A stretch of 40,421 nt of DNA from a bacterium. GTDB taxonomy: Bacteria; Patescibacteriota; Minisyncoccia; UBA6257; GWB1-50-10. Location of the stretch: positions 1-40,421 of the forward strand of contig JAKAID010000003.1 of assembly GCA_021814545.1 (NCBI GenBank), given 5' to 3'. Shown piece by piece: positions 30,918 through 37,820 of this stretch. Numbering within the stretch: the first letter of the stretch is position 1; each line of letters begins with the position of its first letter. The notes beneath the pieces were generated by a model. It ran no database searches, was not told where the DNA came from, and worked only from the letters and a program-made list of their open reading frames with translations. A program made the position numbers and the translations under genes.

Positions 30918-32651
30918 TTATTGTGCGGTTTCTTTCATCACTTCCTCGACGGACACCACCCCTTCCATTGCCTTCATTATGCCATCTTGCCGCATCGTGA
31001 GTATCCCCTGACGGCGCGCTTCATCCCAGAGCGAGCCCTCCGTGAACCCTTTGTTGATGAGTTCGCCAAGTTCGCGCGTCATCCGGAACATCTCATAGAG
31101 CGCCACGCGCCCCGTGGTCCCGCGGCCCCTACACGTTTTGCAGTTCGGGTCCTTCCCCTGCTGGTAAATCTTATACGGGGTCTTATACGAAAGTGTTTTC
31201 TTGAGCGCCGGCGGGAAAAGTTCGAGCGATTCCGTTATGAACGCCTCCACTTCTTTGGGCGCATCCACCGCAACCTTGCACGTCGGGCAGAGGCGCAGCA
31301 CGAGGCGCTGGGCGATGACGATGTTCAATGCCGACGAAAGCAAAAAGGGCGGCACGCCGAGGTCCACAAGGCGCGGTACCACGCCCACCGCGTTATTCGT
31401 GTGGATAGTCGAAAGCATGGTGTGGCCCGTGAGCGCTGCATTCACCGCGAGCCCCGCCGTTTCGTTGTCGCGTATCTCACCCACCATGATAACATCGGGG
31501 TCCTGGCGGAGAATTTGGCGCAAGCCTGAGGCGAATGTGTAGCCGATCTCGGGGCGTACCTGCGACTGGTTGATGCCTTCCATGAAATACTCCACCGGGT
31601 CTTCGAGCGTCACCAGGTTGCGCGATTCGACGTTCAGCCGCTGCATAATGGCGTAGAGCGTGGTGGATTTACCGGAACCAGTGGGACCGCTAATAAGTAT
31701 CATGCCGTAGGGGCGCTGCATCGCCTCCTCTAATATTCCCGCGTTATACGAATTGATACCGAGTTGGTCGAGACCCTTCAAGCCCGTCTTCGGATCGAGC
31801 ACGCGAATAGCCACCTTCTCCCCCGCGGGGGTCGGGAAGGTCGCCACGCGGTAGTCTATCTCGCGGCCGGAAAAATTCGTTCTGAAGCGCCCGTCCTGCG
31901 GCGTGCGCGTTTCATCAAGCTTCAGGCGCGCGAGCACCTTAATGCGCGAAACGACCGGCTGGATGAGCGCCGTGGGAAGCGCCGCTACTTCGCGGAGCGC
32001 GCCATCAATGCGGAACCTGATGCGGAGCTTCCTCCGTTCGGGCTCGATGTGTACGTCGGACGCACCCGCGTCCACCGCTTGGCGGAGCGTCGAAGCCACT
32101 ATCTTAATGACCGGCGCTTCCTCTCCCTTCCCCGCCTCCTCAAGGTCGATGGCGCGGTCTTCTTCCGTGCCCCCCGCCTTCCCCATTTCTTTTACCGCTT
32201 CTTCTATCTCGCTCTTGTAGGGCGCGTACCGCTCTACCATCGCCGCGAGGTCGGAGTACCCGATAAGGTACACGCCAAGGTCGATGCCGTTCTGCTTCGC
32301 GATGAACTTTAATGCTTCCTGCGCGCGCACATCGTCGGGGCGGAACATTCCCACCACGAGCATTTTGGGCGTCCGGTCTATCGGTATCACCTTGTATGCT
32401 GCGGACGTCTCGCGCGAGATGAGTTTTAAGAGGTCCTCCGGCACTGCCGCCACGTTCACCTTTTTGTAGGGCACTCCGAGGAGCTCGCTCTTTACCTTCG
32501 TGACCGCCGCCTCATCCGCCACCTTCTTTTCATACAAAATCTCCTCCGCGGGGTGGCCCGAGAGGCTTGCTTCCTGCAAAATGCGGGTGGCGGACGCCTG
32601 GTCCACCACTCCCCGCTTCGTGAGTTCCTGAAGTAGCTGTTGGTCGGTCAT
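30918..32651 (-). CDS. pilB: Type IV pilus assembly ATPase (GspE/PilB family)
   Basis: 577 aa with an N-terminal GSPII_E-N-like domain, Walker A GPTGSGKSTT and a tetracysteine motif CPTC...CKTC. Confidence 0.92.
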   Translation of the reverse strand: MTDQQLLQELTKRGVVDQASATRILQEASLSGHPAEEILYEKKVADEAAVTKVKSELLGVPYKKVNVAAVPEDLLKLISRETSAAYKVIPIDRTPKMLVVGMFRPDDVRAQEALKFIAKQNGIDLGVYLIGYSDLAAMVERYAPYKSEIEEAVKEMGKAGGTEEDRAIDLEEAGKGEEAPVIKIVASTLRQAVDAGASDVHIEPERRKLRIRFRIDGALREVAALPTALIQPVVSRIKVLARLKLDETRTPQDGRFRTNFSGREIDYRVATFPTPAGEKVAIRVLDPKTGLKGLDQLGINSYNAGILEEAMQRPYGMILISGPTGSGKSTTLYAIMQRLNVESRNLVTLEDPVEYFMEGINQSQVRPEIGYTFASGLRQILRQDPDVIMVGEIRDNETAGLAVNAALTGHTMLSTIHTNNAVGVVPRLVDLGVPPFLLSSALNIVIAQRLVLRLCPTCKVAVDAPKEVEAFITESLELFPPALKKTLSYKTPYKIYQQGKDPNCKTCRGRGTTGRVALYEMFRMTRELGELINKGFTEGSLWDEARRQGILTMRQDGIMKAMEGVVSVEEVMKETAQ

Positions 32652-32669
32652 AGGGTAATGCGCTGCGTC

Positions 32670-32966
32670 CTAATACGCCCGGAAGGGGTTATCCCTGCCC
32701 GAGGGAGGGAGGACGAGCGGCGCACTGTAGTCTTTCAACTGCATAAAGCTCGGCGAGTTCACCACCGTTGAGGGGCTGAATTGCTTCAGCTGGGTCAACT
32801 GGTTCAACTCCTGCAGCCGCGGCGGCGTACCGATCTCCGCGAGGAGCTGCGGCTGGGTGAAGAAGAGATAGTACGCGCCCGCGAACGCGATGCCCACGAA
32901 CACGACGATAGAGATTATCGTTATCCAATTCGTCGGCTTTTTTTCTTGTTCAATAACGATGGCCAT
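32670..32966 (-). CDS. Small single-TM protein in the pilus operon, with a C-terminal GRDNPF motif
   Basis: 98 aa with the TM helix WITIISIVVFVGIAFAGAYYLFF. The C-terminal ...PPSGRDNPFRAY recalls the (R/K)(D/N)PF motif of PilP-like proteins, a weak resemblance. Confidence 0.55.
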   Translation of the reverse strand: MAIVIEQEKKPTNWITIISIVVFVGIAFAGAYYLFFTQPQLLAEIGTPPRLQELNQLTQLKQFSPSTVVNSPSFMQLKDYSAPLVLPPSGRDNPFRAY

Positions 32967-32968
32967 AG

Positions 32969-33526
32969 TTACATTTGGTAATACATTTCAACCGTTACCT
33001 CGATGGAATCCTTCGCATTGCGGAGCATGCCCGGATGGAAAACGAAGCCTTTCACGTTCGCGATGCGGATAGTGGTCTCAAGTTTGCGCAAGAAATCTTT
33101 GAGGTTCGCATAATCCCCGCTTGCGGTGATATCTACCTCAAGCACGCCGAGCTTCTTTAAAAACTGCTGCGCGCCGATGCGCGGCGGTGCCGATTTGAAC
33201 TTTACTGAACCGAACGCGATATTCGCGGCGCGGCCTATTGCTTCTACCTGGCGCAACGCGCTCACTGCCTGCTCGCCGTTCGGCATCGCGAACCCTGCGG
33301 TCGTCTGCACGTTCTGCGACCCCTGGAACGAACTGATGAGCTTCTGCACCTGCTCTATCGCCTGCGCCTGGCTCGTATAGAGCTGCTGCTGGGTCGCGAG
33401 CTTCGCGCGCTTGTCGTTTATCGTCTTCATCTCGTCCTGAATGGGGCCGGTGAACACATAAATCGCGGCGATGAAGAACACGCCGGAGAACACGATGCTT
33501 AAAATTCTTTTCGTTGATACGCGCAT
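32969..33526 (-). CDS. pilO: PilO-like pilus assembly protein
   Basis: 185 aa with an N-terminal TM helix, a Gln-rich coiled coil and then an alpha/beta domain. It occupies the position after pilN. Confidence 0.65.
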   Translation of the reverse strand: MRVSTKRILSIVFSGVFFIAAIYVFTGPIQDEMKTINDKRAKLATQQQLYTSQAQAIEQVQKLISSFQGSQNVQTTAGFAMPNGEQAVSALRQVEAIGRAANIAFGSVKFKSAPPRIGAQQFLKKLGVLEVDITASGDYANLKDFLRKLETTIRIANVKGFVFHPGMLRNAKDSIEVTVEMYYQM

Positions 33527-33529
33527 GGG

Positions 33530-34102
33530 TTACATGGTTTGCTGCGCCAAATAGTCCGGGGTGATGGTGAGCTCGATCTGGAACGTTACGCCCACATCGC
33601 TGATGTTCACGTCTCTCAGCGACGCATTCGAGACCTCCACGGATTTTTCAAAAATCGCCATCTGCTGTGCCAGCGAATCGAATGACTTCGCTAAGCCGTT
33701 CAGCGTCACCACCTGCTTGTCCGCATTGTACGCCGCGTTATTGTAGTACACGTCCGCGGTCGTCTTCGCTTCGAGCAATTTAAAAATGCTTGACGGGAAC
33801 ACGTGCTTATCAAGCACGGTCTTTAAGTTCACTATCTGAGAGTAAAAACCGATAAAGTTCTCCTCGTCCGTCTGGCTCACCTTCTTTGCGAGCCCTTCAA
33901 GCTTTGCTGAGACATCTGCGGATTGCTGGTCAAGATACGCCGCGTACCCGTAATGAACGCCAAAATAAACGAACACTGAAAATGCGAAAAGCACGATGGC
34001 GAATATCATCAAGCGCCACGGCAATCCTGCAGAGAGGTCTTCCGCGGGGGCGAACCCCATCCCTCCTCCCGGCACGCCCTGATTTTCCATTTGGCCGTTC
34101 AT
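33530..34102 (-). CDS. pilN: PilN-like pilus assembly protein
   Basis: 190 aa, single TM helix, positioned directly after pilM with a 4-nt overlap. Confidence 0.65.
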   Translation of the reverse strand: MNGQMENQGVPGGGMGFAPAEDLSAGLPWRLMIFAIVLFAFSVFVYFGVHYGYAAYLDQQSADVSAKLEGLAKKVSQTDEENFIGFYSQIVNLKTVLDKHVFPSSIFKLLEAKTTADVYYNNAAYNADKQVVTLNGLAKSFDSLAQQMAIFEKSVEVSNASLRDVNISDVGVTFQIELTITPDYLAQQTM

Positions 34103-35208
34103 AAGAATTTTCTCAATGCGAGCCCCATCGCCGATGCCAATTCTGTATTGAGCGCGGGCACGATAGGCTCTATCTCTGCCGAACGTCTCACTCTCCAGAG
34201 CGCATCGGGGGTACGAACCTTGAGGTGCATCTGATTCTTAAGATAGGTCTCAAGTCCCTTCAGGTTCGCGCCGCCGCCCACCACCATTATTTCTTCTATC
34301 TGCTTGCCGGACGCGCGCTCGTAATCGCGGCGCGCCCTCTCACCCTCTTGAATTATAACATCGAGGAAAGGCAGGAGTGATGTTGATAACTCGTACTCCC
34401 CGCCCGAACCCAGCAGCCCCTTGCGGCGCTTCAGTTCCTCCGCGCGTTTCGCCGAGATATCAAGCGTCCTTGAGAGTGCCTGGGTAAGCGTAGAACCTGC
34501 ATAATCCGACTGGGTAACCCGCTTCACCGCCCCGCCCTCTATCACAATGAACGCGGTGGATTGCCCGCCGATATCCATTATCATCGTGATGGGATTCGTG
34601 TTGCCGATGAGCGCGCGCGCAAGCGCCGCGGTCTCCACCTCGAGCGAGACGAGCCGCAAGCCGGCCCCCTTGAATATCGCGGTGTATTTTTTCACTATCG
34701 CGGTCGGCACTGCGGTCAAAAAGTAGCGGTGCATCGACTGCCCGCGCTCGTTCTGAAATTCGCTTATCTTCACCCACTCAAGGCTCACCTCGGTGATGGG
34801 AATGGGAATATATTGGCGCGCCTGGAATTGTATCGCCTTCCCCACCTCCGCATCGGGAATTGCCGGTATGTCTATCGTCACAAAGAACGCGGCGAACGAT
34901 GGGATAGAGGCGATGACCTGCCGCGTGTGCGGCTTTGTTTCTTCAATGAGCTTTTTGAGCAACGGTATCGCCTCACGCTCCGAGATTTTGAGCGAACTTG
35001 TCTGGATGGCGGCATTCCCTCGGTTCAAGTACTCCCGCGTTTCGAGGATGCCGTAGTTCTCGAGAGTTAGTACATCAACTTTTTTCGACACCTCCACCAT
35101 TTTCATGGAGACGGTGCCCATGTCGATGCCAAGCACGCGCGGCGTCGTAAAGAGCCCCGCGATATCATCAAAAAAACCTTGTATCCCGAGGTCGAACATT
35201 TCTTTCAT
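34099..35208 (-). CDS. pilM: PilM (actin-like ATPase of the type IV pilus alignment complex)
   Basis: The VLGIDMGTVSMKMVEV phosphate-1 motif is followed by an FtsA/actin-like fold pattern. The start is set at the ATG at 35208 (MKEMFDL...); the ORF-track extension to 35430 overlaps comF. Confidence 0.85.
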   Translation of the reverse strand: MKEMFDLGIQGFFDDIAGLFTTPRVLGIDMGTVSMKMVEVSKKVDVLTLENYGILETREYLNRGNAAIQTSSLKISEREAIPLLKKLIEETKPHTRQVIASIPSFAAFFVTIDIPAIPDAEVGKAIQFQARQYIPIPITEVSLEWVKISEFQNERGQSMHRYFLTAVPTAIVKKYTAIFKGAGLRLVSLEVETAALARALIGNTNPITMIMDIGGQSTAFIVIEGGAVKRVTQSDYAGSTLTQALSRTLDISAKRAEELKRRKGLLGSGGEYELSTSLLPFLDVIIQEGERARRDYERASGKQIEEIMVVGGGANLKGLETYLKNQMHLKVRTPDALWRVRRSAEIEPIVPALNTELASAMGLALRKFL

Positions 35209-35239
35209 TTTATCACAGTCGGTGCGCGCGCTATCATGA

Positions 35240-35959
35240 ATGGTGATGCGCGCCCTCCTCGAATTCGTTCTCGATGCGCTGTTCCCTCCGCAGTGTATTC
35301 CCTGCGGCGAAAAACTTCCCCGCACCGCGCGATTTTTGAGCTGCTGCGATGCGTGCCTCAAGAACATTCCGATGCGCTCCGGTTTCTCTTGCGCCGAATG
35401 CGGCAGGCGCCTTCCCCTGCCGCGGAACACCTGTCACCGCGGCACGCCCGCGGTCGCCGCCGCAACCGATTTCACTGACGCATCCGCACAAGCGCTCATC
35501 TATGCGCTCAAGTATTCGGGGCTCACCGATGCCGCGCGTCCGCTCGCGCTGCTCCTCCATCGGCACCTCGTGAACTATCTTCCCCTTGAAACGCTCACGC
35601 GGCCCGTACTCGTACCGATTCCCCTCCACCCGAAACGGCTTCGCGCACGCGGATTCAACCAGTCAGCACTGGTCGCACAAGAACTCGCTCGCCTTTTCGG
35701 CGATACGGTCCCCGTCGATGACGCAAGCCTTGTCCGTACGGCAAATACCACCACGCAAACTGCGGAGGCGACCCGCGAGAAGCGCAGAGAGAACGTACGC
35801 GGCGCCTTTGCGGTGCGCCCTGGGGCGAACCTTGCCGGCGCTACCGTGCTCCTCCTCGACGACGTATGCACCTCAGGCGGCACGCTCACCGAGGCCACGC
35901 GTGTTCTCCGCGCGGCGGGCGCTGCGCGCATCATCGGCATTGTGGTCGCGCGGGCATAA
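35240..35959 (+). CDS. comF: ComF-family (ComFC) phosphoribosyltransferase-like competence protein
   Basis: An N-terminal zinc-finger pattern PPQCIPCG...CDAC...CAECG and a PRTase motif VLLLDDVCTSGGTL are present. Length is 239 aa. Confidence 0.88.
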   Translation: MVMRALLEFVLDALFPPQCIPCGEKLPRTARFLSCCDACLKNIPMRSGFSCAECGRRLPLPRNTCHRGTPAVAAATDFTDASAQALIYALKYSGLTDAARPLALLLHRHLVNYLPLETLTRPVLVPIPLHPKRLRARGFNQSALVAQELARLFGDTVPVDDASLVRTANTTTQTAEATREKRRENVRGAFAVRPGANLAGATVLLLDDVCTSGGTLTEATRVLRAAGAARIIGIVVARA

Positions 35960-35965
35960 CAATCC

Positions 35966-35994
35966 CGCCCCTCATTTGAGGGGGGGTTTTGGTT
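35966..35994. terminator. Terminator hairpin between comF and the convergent 36000..36464 gene
   Basis: CCCCTC (35968-35973), loop ATTT, GAGGGG (35978-35983), followed by GG-TTTT. Confidence 0.6.
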
Positions 35995-35999
35995 TCTGA

Positions 36000-36464
36000 T
36001 CAAGCCTGCAGTGTCTCCTTCAACTTAGGTAACCCGTGACTCTCTCTCAATTTGTCTATATTTTTCTTGTCCTCGATCGGGCGCAGCATCAGTTTCCCAT
36101 CTTTCCTGTACCATTGCGTTCCAAATCTTTGTGGCCTTCCCCTATTCACCAAAACTCTGTCGGTCAGATGCGCCTCGTCCGCTAAATCGAAATTGCAATT
36201 CTTGAGACACTCTTCTTGAAGCGATACGTCGAAATCTTGATGCTGAACAACAAGCCACAGTGCGTGCAACGCGTCAGCTCCTACCACTGCCTCAGTCGGA
36301 TACCCATGAACGTCAATTATCCGACGCAACCGTTCGCCGTGCACTCCGTCAATCGCATATATAAGATAGTTGATCAGTTCCTTCCCTGGCTTTGCCGCAA
36401 GACGAAGCTCCTGATCAATCTTCATCATTTCAATTAGTTGCTCAGCCAATTGCGGATTGCGCAT
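36000..36464 (-). CDS. Hypothetical 154-aa protein (resembles DUF6624-type proteins)
   Basis: The pattern IDQELR...VVQHQD...LTDRVLVNRGRPQRFGTQW matches my recollection of the DUF6624 family and is not verified. It has its own TATAAT at 36484-36479, 14 nt from the ATG. Confidence 0.6.
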   Translation of the reverse strand: MRNPQLAEQLIEMMKIDQELRLAAKPGKELINYLIYAIDGVHGERLRRIIDVHGYPTEAVVGADALHALWLVVQHQDFDVSLQEECLKNCNFDLADEAHLTDRVLVNRGRPQRFGTQWYRKDGKLMLRPIEDKKNIDKLRESHGLPKLKETLQA

Positions 36465-36485
36465 AATTTATTGTTCAAATTATAG

Positions 36486-36517
36486 TTAAAAAAGAGGGAG
36501 GGGTAAACCCCTCCCCC
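36486..36517 (-). terminator. Rho-independent terminator after the ATP-grasp gene
   Basis: GGGAGGGG (36496-36503) pairs with CCCCTCCC (36508-36515). A T-run follows on the minus strand. Confidence 0.75.
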
Positions 36518-36522
36518 AAGCG

Positions 36523-37488
36523 TCAGGAAACCAGCAATCTCGCAATCGCCTGGGCAATTTTGAGATGGGTCCTTACCTGGACAAAGTACCACTGCCCACT
36601 CGGATTAACCTCGAGGAAAACGTATTCATGCTTCGGGGTAACGATCATGTCGATACACCCAAATCGTAGGCCGACGGCATCCATAAAGGAATGGATTCTC
36701 TCCTGGATGTCCCTTGGCAAATCTGTCGGCTCCATGCGCACCTCGAAATCGTTCAACTTCGGCTTCCTTCTCCAATCAAGTGCGGTTTCCTCATCGCGTT
36801 GCGAGAGGATTTTGACCGGGAACAGCTCGTTTCCAACCACCGTAATTCTGAGCTCGTATTCCTTTTCGACACGGGCTTGAAAAATCGATGGGGACCGCCT
36901 TACTGATTCGACCTGCTTCATGTGCTCCAGAGTCACGCGGTTTGTATAAACAACTTTATTCAAAACCGGACTCATGGCAAAAAGCTTCACAACGACATCT
37001 CCTCCATTGTCGCCGTAAAACTTCCTGACCTTGTCAGGATCCGATGTAATGAGCGTGGCCGGCATTGCCAGACCAATCCTTCGCGCGACGCTCATTTGGT
37101 ATGCCTTATTCTCCGCCATCATCACCTTCCATGGATCATTAATCCATTTTTTGTGACGAAAAACGGACCATAACACCCTTCTCATTTCCTCGAACTGGCG
37201 ATGGATGAACTGACGATATTCCGCAGGCTCGTAGTTCAATAACTCTTTCGGCAAGTGGGGATGTAAATAGTAGATTGCCGAGAAATCCTTGAGATTGTAC
37301 GAAACTCCGTCAATGGTGGCGATGAACAACATTCCTTCGTCGTTCGATGCCACTGAAAGATGATCGCTTTCGAGACACTTGTCCTGTTTGAATAAGACGG
37401 TCTCTTCCCCAAATTCGCGGAGGGCATCACGCACCTCAGCAAATGCGGCCACCTCATATACGCCCGAGTTTCCCACGGTCAAAATCAT
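36523..37488 (-). CDS. MvdC/MvdD-like ATP-grasp ligase (candidate graspetide/RiPP maturase)
   Basis: 321 aa starting at the ATG at 37488 (MILTVGNSG...), which is preceded by GGAGG (37498-37494). The C-terminal motifs ALDWRR and FGCIDMIVTPKHEYVFLEVNPSGQWYF are typical of RimK/MvdD-type ATP-grasp enzymes. The ORF-track N-terminal extension to 37716 runs through a terminator hairpin and the precursor ORF. Confidence 0.8.
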   Translation of the reverse strand: MILTVGNSGVYEVAAFAEVRDALREFGEETVLFKQDKCLESDHLSVASNDEGMLFIATIDGVSYNLKDFSAIYYLHPHLPKELLNYEPAEYRQFIHRQFEEMRRVLWSVFRHKKWINDPWKVMMAENKAYQMSVARRIGLAMPATLITSDPDKVRKFYGDNGGDVVVKLFAMSPVLNKVVYTNRVTLEHMKQVESVRRSPSIFQARVEKEYELRITVVGNELFPVKILSQRDEETALDWRRKPKLNDFEVRMEPTDLPRDIQERIHSFMDAVGLRFGCIDMIVTPKHEYVFLEVNPSGQWYFVQVRTHLKIAQAIARLLVS

Positions 37489-37503
37489 GACATCCTCCTT
37501 TTC

Positions 37504-37530
37504 AAAAAAGGAGGGGCACAATGCCCCTCC
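37504..37530 (-). terminator. Intrinsic terminator/attenuator between the precursor peptide and ATP-grasp genes
   Basis: On the minus strand: GGAGGGGCA (37530-37522), loop TTG, TGCCCCTCC (37518-37510), then T6 (37509-37504). Confidence 0.7.
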
Positions 37531-37562
37531 TGAGATTGGGACGAAATTGCCCCGTGACGAGC

Positions 37563-37661
37563 CTACGTGTTGTCCGACCCGTCGATGTCGCTGTACGTCC
37601 CCGTCGTTGTGGGGTAAACCGCCCCCAGACGATCCTCGAAGAACAGGAAGATGAACGGCAC
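37563..37661 (-). CDS. Candidate graspetide precursor peptide, 32 aa: MPFIFLFFEDRLGAVYPTTTGTYSDIDGSDNT
   Basis: AAGGAGGTGA lies at 37676-37667, with 8 nt between GGAGG and the GTG at 37661; the stop is TAG at 37565-37563. The peptide has a hydrophobic/acidic N-terminal half and a Thr/Ser/Asp-rich C-terminal half. It lies 74 nt upstream of the ATP-grasp start on the same strand. Confidence 0.65.
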   Translation of the reverse strand: MPFIFLFFEDRLGAVYPTTTGTYSDIDGSDNT

Positions 37662-37704
37662 CGCAATCACCTCCTTTCTGCGGGATTGTGAATTTGCTGA
37701 ACAT

Positions 37705-37733
37705 ATTTTGCGCCAACTATTGGGCTCTGTCAA
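37705..37733 (-). promoter_or_regulatory. Sigma70-like promoter for the precursor/ATP-grasp operon: TTGACA, 17-nt spacer, CAAAAT
   Basis: On the minus strand the -35 TTGACA (37733-37728) is a perfect consensus. The -10 CAAAAT is at 37710-37705. Confidence 0.5.
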
Positions 37734-37744
37734 TATTCTTCGGT

Positions 37745-37801
37745 ACGGCAATGCGCACGCATACGGCGCGATGGTCGCCCGCGCATAACAATTCCCCGCC
37801 C
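37745..37801 (+). repeat. Degenerate duplicate of the comF 3' end plus downstream flank
   Basis: 37772-37801 TGGTCGCCCGCGCATAACAATTCCCCGCCC compares with 35943-35971 TGGTCGCGCGGGCATAACAATCCCGCCCC. The copy reads ...AMVARA-stop in frame versus ComF ...GIVVARA-stop. Weaker similarity extends about 25 nt further upstream. Confidence 0.7.
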
Positions 37802-37820
37802 AGCAGCGAGGATTTGTACG

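Noticed and set aside
37489-37716. The ORF-track N-terminal extension of the ATP-grasp ORF (76 extra residues).
   Set aside because: The extension is Gly/Arg-rich and low-complexity. It contains the terminator hairpin at 37504-37530 and overlaps the precursor ORF. A strong GGAGG precedes the ATG at 37488, which gives the typical MILT... start and a length of about 320 aa.
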